Origin: Vitrella brassicaformis CCMP3155
Lineage: Eukaryota; Protista; Chromerida
DNA: 64,000 nucleotides
Assembly: GCA_001179505.1 (NCBI GenBank)
Contig: CDMY01000542.1
Coordinates: 62,001-126,000, forward strand
Direction: 5' to 3'
Both the position numbers and the translations under genes were made by a program. The notes below the pieces were generated by a model. The model made no database searches. It had not been told where the DNA came from and worked only from the letters and a program-made list of their open reading frames with translations. This document shows, piece by piece, positions 40,930 to 54,092 of the stretch (the first letter of the stretch is position 1; every line of letters starts with the position of its first letter).

Positions 40930-43900
40930 ATGGGGCGGCAGGCGCCTCCCAGGATGGTGACCACAGCAGCAGTGAATCTCGCCCTCGTGGGCGCCCTCGC
41001 CGTCCTCACAGCAGCAGGTACGCAAGCCATACACAGCACGGCCACAAGTGGCAGCGTCGTGGAGGAAACAAACCCAACGGCCGGCCCGGCTTTGTCTCTC
41101 TGGGTGTGTGGTGTCCTGCAGGAGCGTTGCCCAGGAACGTGGTGACGTCTGTGTCGTCTCCTGGTTCTGACTGGTGGCAGCGGCTCAAGGACGGCCCTGT
41201 GGACTTCAGCCGGCCTTTGGGCTTCACGCGTTTGGAGGTGCCGGTTCGCTCTTTGGACGGGCTCAAGGGGGGCTGGCCGGGCTGTGTGGTGTCCGACTGG
41301 CTGGAGGAGTCGGGCGTCTACTGCAAGCAGAGGATGGACGACTTCTTCCCCATGACCTACAGAGCCACCATCGTCGCCGTTGCGGAGGGCGCAAAATTCT
41401 CAGGTGAGGGAGAGGGCACACACACACACACACACACACACGGACACAGAGATGGACGGGAGAGTGTGGGAAGAGGAGGCGACACGCTTGTGTGGTCGTG
41501 TGGTGGTGTTTGGTGTGTGCAGGTTGGGCCAACTACGAGACAGCCGAGCAGATCGCTGCGGCCCAGGATGTCGCCGGCAGCACATACCCCGAGGAGTTCC
41601 TCATCGTTGACGAGGTGGTCGAGCTCGCCGCACCAGGGGAGAAGAAGCCAAACTACGACCACGTAAGCAACCAACCGCCTCTCACCACCCCTAACGGCCA
41701 CGGCCAGACACACCCTCTCCTCCCGCATCGCTTTTGCTCTTGTGTGTTCAGGGGTTCTGGCTGATCCCAATTAACCCGACTGGCAAGGAGGGCACCCCCA
41801 CACTGTTCCCGTCCTACTGGCCCGACAACTGGATGACGCCCCACAACTTCGAGAAGGGAAATTTTTACATGCGCTTTGAGGTCCTCGACCAGCCCAGCGA
41901 GTCGCCCGTGGCCTTCCAGCTCTGCATCTGGCAGGGCGGCCTCTGCACCGACTGCGCCGAGGCTTGCAGCCCCGCAGCACCGAACAGCCTCATCTACGAC
42001 AGCGGCAGCGACCAGGACGGTAAGCTGACATGGGGTACCCGCCAGCAACTCGTCTGTGTGCTGCATGTGCTCCTCGGTGTGTTCAGATGGTGAGGTGGCC
42101 GTGACTGAGAGCGAGAAGTTCGAGGTCCGCCCCATGGCTGACGGGAAGAAAGAGGAGGTCGACCTCGAGGGCCCACCACCCCCGGCACACGCACACCAGA
42201 ACGGCCAGGAGGGCAAGCAGCAGCAGCAGCAGCACCAGCCGCCCAAGGCACAGGAACAGAAGCAGCAGCAGAATGGCCAGCCCCCCAAGAAGCAAGACGG
42301 ACAGCCACCCAAGGCCCAGAAGCAGCAGCAGCAGAAGGGTCAGGGTCAGGGTCACGGAGAGGGTCAGGGTCAGCAGCAGCCACCCAAGGCCAAGGAGCAG
42401 GCCCAGCAGAAAACGTCACAGCAGCCGGCGGCAACAGCCCAGGCAGTGGCCATGGCGAAGGCAAAGGAGAATGGCGAGGCCCCCAAGGCTCAAAAGCAGC
42501 AGGAGCAGAAGCCCCCCAAGGCTCAGAAGCAGCAAGACTGGCAGCAGGATGGTCAGCAGGACTGGCAGCAGGATGGCCAGCAGCAGGGTCAGCAGGACTG
42601 GCAGCAGCCCGCCCCCGCCCCCGCCGCGCCAGCACCTGGACCGGAGCAGCAGCCCCAGCAGGACGGCCAGCAGCAGGACTGGCAGCAACAGGACTGGCAG
42701 CAGCCCCCCCAGCAGTGGCCACAGCAAGACGGACAGCCAGAGGATGGTGCTGGTGCCCCGCCTCCCCTCTCCGAGGTGGCGGGCATCGTCCAGCAGGCGC
42801 CCAACTCTCACATCGTCACTGGGGTGTCCGTGCCGTCCAAGGAGTTCTGGAACAAGCCCGGCAAGGCGTTCGACTGGGCGGCCGCACCCAAGTCGGTCTT
42901 CCGCTTCGAGACCAAGACCTTCGCCTTCGACTCACTTGACGGCCTGACCAAGGGGGAGGGGTGCATCGTGAGCAACATCGACGAGGGCGACATCTTCTGC
43001 CCTGAGGAGGTGCTGGACGACTTCCTGCCGATCACATACAGGGCGAGCATTGTGGCTGTGGCGCGGGATGAGGAGTTCTCTGGGTGGGTCAACTACATGG
43101 ACAACAAGACGCTCGCTGCGGCGCGGAACAAGACGGGCAACAGCGGTGAGTTCCTGCTGCTCGACGAGACAGTGGAGGTGCCCAAGGGAAAGACCGACAA
43201 GGACTACATGAAGGTGCAGCACGGTAAGTGACACCAGAGAGAGAGAGAGAGAGAGGGAGGGATAGAATGTGCGTCTATCGGTCGCCTTTCGTCTCCGTGT
43301 GTGATCAGGTTTCTGGTTCCACCACATCGGTGAGGCGGAGGGCGGCGACGGCACCCCCAAGTACTGGCCTTCCAACTGGACAGCCCCGTACGACTACTTC
43401 AACGGCCGGTTCCACATGCGGTTTGAGGTCCTGGACATGCCGTCCAAGAAGCCCGTGGCCTTCCAGACCTGCCTGGCCGAGTGCGGTGACCTCGACTGCC
43501 CACAGGTCTGCACCGTCGCCCACCACGCCGTGGCCAACATCGACCGATGTACGTCTGACAGACTGACAGACTGACTGACAGACAGAGAGACAGACAGACA
43601 GAGGGGAGACGTCATGCCTATGGTCTCTGTTGTTGTGTGTGTGTGTGGTCAGATGCAACGGAGCCTGAAGTTGACACGCCATACGTGGTGAGACACGCTA
43701 TCAATATGACCACTCAAACGCTCTCAATGCACCACCCCACCCACCATCCTCTCTGTCCTGTCCTGCCTTGTCCGCTCTCTCTCTCTCAGGAGGCCCTCAA
43801 CAAGATGACGGATGCCGAGAAGGCCGACGAGCGGTTCCCCAAGAACGCCGTGGTGCTCCCCATCAAACTCGCCGACTTCGACGCACCATTCACCCTCTAC

Positions 43901-46571
43901 CCGGAGGCCATCGACCGGTTCCTCATCCGGCTGCGCCTCGCCGACCCCGAGGACGATTCATTCGGCTGCGCCATGGCCGCGGCGAGCAGGGGCGGCATCA
44001 GTGCATGCAGCAACGCCACGCTCTTCAACGAGACCTTCCCCTTGTATGTGCGGGCCACGGCGGTCGCCATCGCCGAGGGTGAGGAGTTCTCTGGCTGGAA
44101 CAAGTACTACGGCAAGGACAACATGCGCCAGAAGCAGAGCGCTGAGGCGGGCGACAAAGCCACCGAGTTCCTGCTGTTCGACGAGAAGGCCGAGATCATC
44201 GAGGACGGCATGAATCTCGACCAGGGCGCCTTCTTCATCGACACCAAGGCCTTCCCCACGCCCCAATTCTGGCCGAAGGACTGGAAGGCCTACAGGGACG
44301 GGCAGATCCTGCTCAAGGTCGAGCTCATGGCCGAGCCGGAGAACAAGATCCCAATGGCCTTTGAGATGTGCATCGAGCAGGAGGGCAAGAAAGCCTGCGC
44401 ACCGTACGGCGAGACCATCATCAACTACGGCGAATGGACCAGCCGTGAGCACCGAGCCTCCCCCCTCTCACACGCACAGATAGAAACCCAGAGAGAGCGT
44501 TCTTTGTGTTGTGTGTTTGTTCAGGCACCAAGAAGGTCGTGCCCCCAGCGGCTCCCGCGTCTCTGCTGTCGGTGCTGCGTGAGGAGGGCAACGCATTGGG
44601 TGCGAGCAAGATCACCGAGCTGATCCACGAGGCAGGGCTGGACGGCATGCTGGCGTCGCTGGGCCACAAGGTAACCTTCTTCGCCCCGTCGGACGAGGCT
44701 CTCGCGAAGCTCGACGAGACGACCATCCAGATGATCGCCAAACAGCCCGACGCACTCAAGAGGGTAGGTTGTGCAGACAAACACACACACTCATAAATCA
44801 CACACATCCATCCATCCATCTGTGGCTGTCCTTCCCCAACACAGTTCCTGTTTTACCACATCGTGCCGGGCACCCTTGACCTGAGCAAGGCCCTGACAGC
44901 CCTGGGCGACTCCTCGGTGCTGGAGCAGCCCTCCCTCAGTGTGGGCACACTGGTGTTCGACAAGTCGCCGGATGGCTTCCATGTCAGCCCTGTGGTCACC
45001 TCCAGGGAAGGCACCTCGGGCAAGGTCGACCGAGTCCTGGGCAAGGCGGCTGCTGTGGAGGGTGAGCCCCTAAAAGCCGAGAACGGTCTGGTCTACGTTA
45101 TCGACACACCCATGCTGCCGCCGGAGCAGACGGCCGAGCGTGAGCAGAGACACATGGCAGGGCGTGGCGTGGGTGGAGGACAGGACGGGATGTGTGTGTG
45201 TGTGTGTGTAGGTGAGTGTTCGTTCGGCGCTGACGACTCTTTTGCGGTGTTCGACTGCTTCACTGAGGGCCTGGCGTCTGAGGAGGAGTGTACGGCCAGA
45301 GGGTGCTGCTTCGACGCCGAGAAGGAAGTCAAGTGCTTCGCCGCCAAGGGATCAGGTGCGTACCTACTCGCCTATACCACACCACACCACACCACACAGT
45401 CAAGTACCCAATGCCTGTCTGTGTGGTTGTGGTATTGTGTCCATGCCATCCATGTGTGCAGCCATCCCCCAGAAGCTGGCGTCGTCGCTCACGCCCCTGT
45501 CTGCCGCCATCCTGGAGCAGCCCCGTGTGGCGGCCTTCTCGGCATTCGAGCTCGCAGAGCTCGAGACCACACCAGCAGCTGAGGAGGAGGTGAGCGCCGT
45601 CGCACAGCAGACAGACAGACAGACACACAGACAGACATGTACCCTCTCTGCGTGTGTGGGTGGTGTCGCCCATCCAGACTACTGCTGCGCCGGAGGCGAC
45701 AGACGCGACGAGCGCGCCGCCTCTCGAGGACGATGACCTGCTGATTGAGGATGAGGTCGTCTTCCAGATCAGAATGCTCGACTACAACTATGACGACATC
45801 ATGAAGGCAAGTCTCAACTCTAAACAACTTTCAACCCACTTGCTTCAGCGATGCTTTTGGTTGGTTTGTTTCTGTGTGTCTCTTTCGTGTGTGTGCAGGG
45901 TGGCTTCCCAGCTGTCCGTGCGATGACCAACCTGGTGCAGAAGGCTGTGGGCGGCGCCATGGGCGTCGCGCCAGAGGCGATTGAGATCATCAAACTGGCA
46001 AGGGGGTCCGTCATCGCTATATTCAGGTACCCTACCCTCACACACCACCCATCACTCTCCCCCCTCCCCCCCTCACCACCGCACCGTTTCCCTCCCTCTC
46101 CCTCTCAGGATCAATGACGAGGCCATCACGTCTCGATACGGCGAGATGGATTCGTTCGTGTCGGCCTACACCGACCAGGTCAAGCGCAGCAGCAGCACCC
46201 TCCACAGGCTCCTCAACATCGACGACAGCTTCCCCCCCACCATCGCCCTGTCAGAGGTGGAGACCACCGATCCAGAGGTTGAGGAGCCCTCTGCGGCCGG
46301 TGGCGGCGCCCAGCCGCCCCCTAACAAGGTCCGCGGCGCCGAGGAGGTGCAGATCCCTGAAAGCAAGGAGGATGCATCTACCACTGGCGCATTGCCGGCG
46401 TGGTTCTGGGTGGTGATTGTGCTGGCCTTGGTGCTGGCCGTGGGTGTGGCGGTTGGGGCGTGGCTGCTGCTGAGGCGGCGGAAGGGCGGCAAGGAGGAGC
46501 CTGCCCCGGAGCTGCCCACCGCCCAGAGGATCACCGTCACTACCACACAGGCCGATGCGACGGACTTGTGA
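40930..46571 (+). CDS. Large type I membrane adhesin-like protein: signal peptide, 3 copies of an unrecognised ~200-aa domain, Q-rich linker, fasciclin, trefoil, SEA-like region, TM, short tail
   Basis: Signal VNLALVGALAVLTAA; FAS1 motif VTFFAPSDEALAKL..YHIVPG..AENGLVYVID (~44560-45120); trefoil DC..LASEEECTARGCCFD..VKCF (~45230-45355); TM WFWVVIVLALVLAVGVAVGAWLLL then RRRK. Confidence 0.8.
42200..42740 (+). repeat. Coding low-complexity Gln/Pro repeats (QPPKAQ, QQDWQQDG)
   Basis: Visible in ORF 42056-43231. Confidence 0.85.
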
Positions 46572-46599
46572 GTGAGTGAGTGGGGGTCCATCGATCCAT

Positions 46600-48700
46600 C
46601 TATCCATGGATCCATGGATGAGTGAATGCATGCAATGCTGGTTTGCTTTTGATGGGGCGGGGCGAGGGAGGGTGGGATGCTATGCTGGCTAGCTGCGATT
46701 TTCTCGATTGTACACAGGAAGTTCATATCATGCCCTTAATTGTCCACCCCCCACCCACCATTTGTTCTGCCTGCCTGCCTGCATTTTTCCTCTTAAGACA
46801 AGCTAAGCTAGGCCCACACCACACCACACTACACTACACCACACGTGGCCCTCTCTCTCTCTCTGGCTCTTTCTCCTGCCTGCTTCCGTGCATGCCTGTT
46901 TCTTTTGCTGACTGGCTGGCTGGCCGGTTACCGGGCGAAGCTGCAGCCCGGTGGGTGAGTCGGGGTGGGGGGGTTGAGTGAGCGTAACAAGTACCTTAAA
47001 GGGACACACGGGATTGGGGACCGACCGACCATACACACACATCGCACTCCTATCGCATCGCGTCGCACACTGACTGGCTGGTGTTATAAGAGCCACCCAC
47101 GCTATCTGGTGAAGACCTTTCTCGCTCTTAATCATCTCCCACATGGATGCACACATAGCTACTCCGGTAGACCGACCGACAGGCTCATTTGTCATTTGCA
47201 TAACAATGCCGCGATGCCATCCATCGACCGGGGGGAGGGAAGGGGAGGGGAGGGTGCCTGTTAAGACACAGGAGGGCCGGGGGAGATGGGGCTGGCTGGT
47301 GCTGTTGTGTTGTGAATGTCAATTCAACGGCGGGCCGGCGGGGCGGGGCGGGGAATGGGGCATCGCAATCCATGGGTGGGTGGTATGGACGGATCGCACG
47401 TGTGCATGTCTCTGTGTCTGTCTGCATGTGTGTGTGTGAGTGATGTGTGTACATGTGGTTTGTGTGTCAATGAATGCATTATTTAGGTACGTACCACCGG
47501 GTGTGTTGTGAATAGCTGGGTGGGGCTGTGTGTACAGGGTAGGGTGTCTATAGGGCAGAGCCTGCCGACGGGCGCGGCGCACATGGACGGACGGACGGAC
47601 GGACGGACGGACAGCATACAGACAGATAGACATACAGACATACAGACACAAGACGTTCTGCAGCAAGGGAGGTAGGTAGACAGACAGAGAGGTAGAGAGG
47701 AGGGCGAGAGGAGAGAGACGCAGCCAGCCAGCCAGCCAGCTGTGTGGTTGCTCGTTCCTATTATTTATTTATTTTATCGTATTTTGTGATAGATTGAGTG
47801 GGCACATCACATGCACACACCCCAACACACACAGTCGGTCAGGTACACAGCACAGCACAGCGCAGCGAAGCCAGGCAGGGCCAGACAAGGGTGGATGGCT
47901 GGATGGATGGATGGATGCATGCCACGAGGTATTTATGTGTGTGTGCTCGCGACTAGGAGGAGAGGGACGGAAGAAAGTGTTTCATTTTCATTCTCCTTCA
48001 GCACATGAGTGTACTGTATGTACGTCACGCACGCACGCAGCAAGCATCACGAGAAGCCCACCCAGCCCATGTGTAGCGGATGAATCGCTCGGTCGGTTGA
48101 CACAATTTGTTTCCCTAGGTCTGTCTGTCTGTCTGGTCTGTCTGTCTCTAGCTGCTGGTTTGCTTTCTTTGATGCATACACATGACCTGTCTCCCTGTCT
48201 CCCTGTCTCCCTGCCTGTCTGCCTCGCTGCACCTTGATCTGTTGAACAACAGAGTCCCTCCCCTTTGTCTTTTCTGCTTTCCACACCATATCAGATCGTA
48301 CGTCTTATTATTATATGCACACATTCATACATACCGTATGCGATGCGTGGGCGGTTCGGTTGGGTTGGGTGTCGGCTGGCTCATGTACAGTACTTACTAC
48401 TGCAGCAGTCATTTCTCTCGAGACCCTTTCTGTGCCTGCCGAGTCGCCCCGCCCCGTACTGGTGACTGGATGCATGTCTGTCTGTCTGTCTTGTCTGTCT
48501 GTCTGGCCTGATCTCTCTTTCTTTCTCTCTCTCCCTCCCTCTCCCCCTCTCGATTGAGTGTCTCGCCTGGTGCCGTGTTATGGATGGATGGATGGATGGA
48601 TGGATGAATCGATAATGTAATGATCCCAATCAATCAAGAGGACAGCCTAATGACTGACTGACTGAATGAATGAATGGATGAATGACTGACTGACACGCAT
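46600..48700. repeat. Microsatellite-rich non-coding interval ((GGAC)n, (GACA)n, (GGAT)n, (GCCA)n, (TGAC)n)
   Basis: Visible tandem repeats; the ORFs here translate to repeat-derived peptides. Probably long 3' UTRs or intergenic DNA. Confidence 0.7.
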
Positions 48701-48804
48701 GAGGACGACCACCAATCATCCCACCTCATGCCATCATGTCACGATGTCCTCACTCATTGTCTTCACTCCCTGTCCTATCGCCCATCCATCCTTCCGTATC
48801 CTTT

Positions 48805-49330
48805 CTATCTCCTCACTCCCTGCAGCCCCTGCACCTGCACCTGCATCTGCAGGGGGCTTCGCGGCATCCCCACCCCTCCCACACCCACGCCGCCACGCCC
48901 ATGACCCGGTGTGCGCTCCATTGGCACCATCGTAGGCAGACCATACGGACTCGCCGGAGGACCGCCCCCGGGCAAGGTCGCCATCACATAAGGCGACGGC
49001 GGCACGTGCAAAGCCATTGGGGTGCGGTAGTGATGGGGCTCTGTAAGAAGCATCGTGCGCCTGATTGGTATGGGCAGGGACAGCTCGGGCATTGGGTGGG
49101 AGCCGGGCGAGAGGGTGCGGCCCTCAAGAAATACCTCACGGTTCCTCTGACACAACCAAACAAGACGCCCCAAGCACACACACACCCATCAACGATGCGC
49201 ATTCCCCTCTAGAACTGTCCTCTACCTGAATGGGGGAGGGAAGTGGCGGCGGACTCATTGCCTTCGGGGCCTCGTCTCTGTTGCGGCCAGCGAGGCAGCA
49301 GGCCCCACACAAACGCTCAAAGATGCTCAT
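48805..49330 (-). CDS. Small hypothetical Pro-rich protein with Cys-rich N-terminus (MSIFERLCGACC)
   Basis: Two short ORFs joined by a probable GT-rich intron, divergent from PP1. Weak support. Confidence 0.3.
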
Positions 49331-49558
49331 CGCGAGAAAACTCCCAGCGCGAGCTAGAAATGGGGGAGGGTGGGGGCCCGTCTCTCGAAGAACCACTCGG
49401 ACACGACACCCAGCGAGAGGACGGACAGCGCAAGCCCCCCGGTGTTTTGTGCGGTGAAAAGGCCTCCGTCTCGCTTTGTTGAGCCCCTCGACGCTTTCCG
49501 AACAACGGCCCCTCATCTGTTCTCGCCGCCTGGTCCGCTGTGAAGCCCCGTTGTCACC

Positions 49559-50788
49559 ATGGCAGCCATCGACATCGACGTGGACTCAGTCATGTGAGAC
49601 ACACACGTGTGCAGGCAGGGTGGGGAGTGAGTGGACCCCTCTGGACGGCTGTTTCTATGATGTGTTGATATATCAGTGACAAGTTGCTGGAGGTGCGTGG
49701 CGCGAGGCCAGGGAAGCCCGTCCAGCTGACAGGTGCGCACCGCACACACACCACAGACGGCTGTGGGTAAGTGAGGTGAGGAGCTGCTGGCTGACCGACG
49801 CTTTGCTTTGTGCTCGTGTCTTCATGTCGGGTGATTGATTGCCCCATCAATATATCAGAGGCTGAGGTTCGTGGGCTGTGCATGAAGGCTCGCGAGGTGT
49901 TTCTGTTCCAGCCGGCGTTGCTGGAGTTGGAGGCGCCTATCAAGATCTGTGGGGACATCCATGGTCAGTACTACGACCTGCTGCGGCTGTTCGAGTACGG
50001 TGGCTTCCCCCCGGAGGCCAACTACCTCTTCCTCGGAGACTACGTCGACCGTGGCAAACAGTCGCTGGAAACCATATGCCTCCTGCTCTCCTACAAGATC
50101 AAATTCCCAGAGGTCCGCACGCGACGCCTCGCCAAACAAAACAAGGGGCGTCACGTCAGAGGGATGTCTGTCTGTCTGTCTGTGTTCTGTGTGTTTGTGT
50201 CTGTCTCTGTCTCGGTAGAATTTCTTCTTGTTGCGGGGCAACCACGAGTGCGCGTCGATCAACCGGATCTACGGCTTCTACGACGAGTGCAAGCGGCGCT
50301 ACAACGTCAAGCTGTGGAAGACCTTCACGGACTGCTTCAACTGCATGCCCGTGGCAGCTGTCATCGACGAGAAGATCTTCTGCATGCACGGCGGCCTCTC
50401 CCCCGAGCTCAACAACATGGAGCAGATCCGCCGGATCGTCCGCCCCACCGACATACCCGACTCAGGGCTGCTGTGCGATCTGCTGTGGGCCGATCCCGAG
50501 AAGGAGATCAACGGATGGCAGGAGAACGACCGGGGCGTCTCGTACACCTTCGGTGCGGACGTGGTGCAGAACTTCCTGAGAAAACACGACATGGACCTGG
50601 TGTGCCGGGCACACCAGGTGGTCGAGGACGGCTACGAGTTCGCGGCCAAGCGGCAGCTGGTGACCCTGTTCTCCGCTCCCAACTACTGCGGCGAGTTCGA
50701 CAACGCAGGCGCAATGATGAGCGTCGACGAGACACTCATGTGCTCGTTCCAGATACTCAAACCAGTTGACAAAAAGAAGTTCAGGTAG
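49559..50788 (+). CDS. PP1: Ser/Thr protein phosphatase PP1 catalytic subunit, 4 exons
   Basis: [69 protein letters not shown]. Confidence 0.97.
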
Positions 50789-51608
50789 TGGGTGGGTTGG
50801 TGAGTGGTTGACCGGGGGGCGGGGGGCGGGGAGGGGGGACGTGCGGGGGGCCGGGGTGTGTGTATGTGTATATGTGTGGGCGAACGTGCGAGTGGATGGA
50901 TGCAGGAAGGGAAGGGGGAGTGAGTGAGTAAAGTTCGTGCATTCTTCAGTGAGTGGTGGAGGCCAAAATGGCTGGCTGGCTGTCTCTCTCTCTCTCTCTC
51001 TCTTGTCTGGGCTGAGCTGGCAGGGTGGTCGGGTCGTCTGTCTGTTGGTTGACATTGATTACATTGCTTTGCTTTCGGCAGGCAGGCAGGCAGCCTACCT
51101 GCCCGCCTGCCTCTTTTCGGTCCCTCGTCTGGTCTGTACCACTCACTCACTATTATCATTTTTGCCCGCCGTCCCGCCCCATCCCTCATCCTCATCCATC
51201 CATCCATCTCGCTGGCCAGCCAGCTGCATGGGCGGCAGGTGGTGGGTCTGGTCGGGTGGATGCGTACGTGTGTGTGTGGTGTGGTGGGTAGGCACTGAGG
51301 ACACTCCCTCTCTCTCTCGCTCGGAAATAGAAGGAATGAATCAATGGGTGGGTGGATGGACGGACGGTAACGATCGGCTGCGACGGGTGTCTCCCTTGTA
51401 TGGGCTGGTTTGTGGTGCATGTGGACACAGCTTGATCGAGCGTTGCGTTGGTGCTTCAATTCAATCAGTGGTTACTTACTTTAGCACAGCACAGCCATCG
51501 GTTGAGCCCGTCTGCCCCCAATCCCGCCCCTCCTGCCCTTCAATGTATCCACACCACACCCAGACACACACGTGCATACAAGCATGGCCATCCCGGCCGC
51601 CTTTCCTT

Positions 51609-54092
51609 TCACCAGTCCATTGCGTTGAGGTTGACGCTATGCAGCTGGCCCTCGTCACACAACTGATGGAAGGCCACGCCGTTGTCTGAGTTGTAGATGC
51701 CGCCACCGCCCAGCATCACACCGTGCACATGGACGCCCTGCCGCTCACGGGCAACATTCAGACGATCCACCATCCTGACACATACACACACACACACACA
51801 CGTTGTAGTTGATCGATCTGCCTATCTTGTTTCTTCTTCTCTGTGTGTGTTGTGTGGGGTGGTGTACGTGTCGTTGAGTGCGAAGACGCCGTCCGAGACG
51901 AGCACAATGTCAGCATTCCTGAACGGCTCCTCCTGCTCGATCAAATCTGAGGGAGGAAGGAGGGGAGGGGAGGAACGATCCACACGACACGACACGACAA
52001 CCACTCACTCACTCAACACCACACGCCCCTCCCACCACCCACCGCCCACTCACCCATGGCCATGTCCATCGGCTGCCTCAGATCCGTCCCGCCACCGAAC
52101 CGCCCGCACAGCAGATCGAACAGCGCCCTCAGACCAGCCACACGCCCCTGGTGGCTCTCCATCCCGCCGACGCCTGTCCGTGTGCCCTGCGGCATCACCA
52201 GCACCCGCCGCGGCACGTCGACAGCACCCGAGAAGGCGAGAAGGGCCAACGGCCGACACTCTTGCATCGCCCGTGAGGCGAGCAGGAAAGTGATGGTCTT
52301 GGCCGCCAGCTCAGGTTGGCCGATCATCGAAGCAGATGTGTCCAGACAGAGGACGAAGGCACCGCCGCCCTCTGGCACGACGGCCTCCATGGCGGCGCGG
52401 TCTCTGAGCTCCATGGCGACTCTCCCCTCCATCTGATATGACAGCACCTTCCCCTCGGCGACCTTTGCCAGCGCCAGGTGTCTCATCCTCTCGTCATCAG
52501 GCCGCAGCAGCAGTGCCAGCTCGGACGGCATCGACCGCAGCAGATCGTTGGACAGGCAGATGCAACTTGATGGGGCCAGACACACCCGGCAGCTCCACCA
52601 TCACCCGAGGAGGCCGCAACTGCACACCTCTTGGCGTCAGGGCGTCATCCGTGCGGTCCTTGCCGATGTCATCCACGATCTGCCGCAGCTTGTCGGACCG
52701 CTCGAGCCGGTCTCGCAGCCGACGTGGGATGGTGAAGTCGTGGAGGTGCCATGCCGACTTGAGGTCCAGGCCTGGTGTGAAGTCTTTGATGGCCTGCGAT
52801 TGGCCCGCCCGCTGAGACAGCTGTGAGAAGGCTGACTCGACGGCCTCAGCCGCGCTGTCCATCTCATCGTCTGCAGTGGTGGCTGTCCATTCGCCGCTGC
52901 CAAATAGGCCGCCAGTAGAAGCCATCTGCGACTCGTCGTCTTCGCCTGCATCAGCAAGCTGCCGCTTATCCTTTTGCCGAGTGTCCACAGGGTCGCGAAG
53001 TTCACTCGGGTGGTCTCCCTCACGGTGTTGCTGTCGGGGCGATGTCTTTATTGCGCTGGCCTCCCCAATCACGTCATCAGCAGCGGCCGACAGGCGCTCA
53101 CGCGGCAGAGATGGATCGATGTCATCAAAGAGAGCCTCTATCATCGACTCGTCGGTATCGACTCCCTCGCTGCCGTCATCAGCCACCCGTTTCTCGCGCT
53201 GCCTGTCGTTGTCGCGATTGTCCTGGGCGGCCTCTTGGTCGGGGTCGGTGGTGCTGTCGTCATCCCTGCTGCTGCTGCTGCTGGCTGTGGCGGTTTCATC
53301 CTCCTCCCTCTCTGGTTGCTCCATGTGTTTGGCGATGCACTTGTCGAGGGCCCGCAGGAGGACTGACGTGGTCTCTGCTGCCACCTCAGGATGATCCCTG
53401 CACACACACACACACACACACACAAGGTGTTGCACATTCATGGCAGCAGTGTGTCTGTGGTCAGTCAGTCAGTCAGTCAGTCATGTAAGTACTTGGACAG
53501 CTCAATGAGGTTCGAGTCGCCAATCTTGCGCTGAGAAACCAGCAAGCCACACGGGGAGGGAATTGATCGGTGACATTGCGGGTGTCATTAATGTCATCTG
53601 CATTGGTGTGTGCACAGGAAGTACCTTGAGTGTTTCTCTCAGCCCGGTCATCCTCTTCTCGAATGCCCCACCCCACCTCCCCCCCGTCACACGCACCCCC
53701 CCAGGCCACCCCACCCGCCACACCATCTGTTCATCCCCGCTCAGCAACGCCGCATACCACTCGTACGCACCGCTCACGTTGCCCTTGAGCATCGCGCGCC
53801 GCCTCCCCGCTGAGCCGCCATGTTGTGGTGCACGAGACGCCCGCCTCCTCTCCTGCAGGGCCGAGAGATGAACCAACGTGGCGATATCTTCGGGCTTTGA
53901 GAAGGCCAGTTGGTGCGATGAGTTGCTTGGCTGGTCCTCGGCAGGGCTGTAGGACGGCCTGCTGGCTTGCTGCGTCTTGTCCGATACCGCCACCGCCGCC
54001 TCCCATGGCCTCTCCCACTCAGTCAAGTGCCGCACCCATCGAGGAAGGTGTTGTGATGAGGGCCTCCGCGAGGCCGGCAAAGCAGCAAGCAT
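51609..54092 (-). CDS. ViaA/YieM-like VWA-domain protein, multi-exon, with a frame discontinuity near 52570
   Basis: LERSDKLRQIVDDIGK, SNDLLRSMPSELALL, EGKVLSYQMEG, FVLCLDTSASMIG (MIDAS DxSxS), RFGGGTDL, ADIVLVSDG. Start uncertain. Confidence 0.75.

Noticed and set aside
46590-46635. Palindrome CCATGGATCCATGG and TGCATGCA just after the adhesin stop
   Set aside because: Readily generated from the surrounding GGAT/ATCC/GCAT repeats, and not in a promoter position.
50740-50788. PP1 lacking the C-terminal regulatory tail
   Set aside because: Short C-termini are usual for PP1 in this lineage, so this is not novel.
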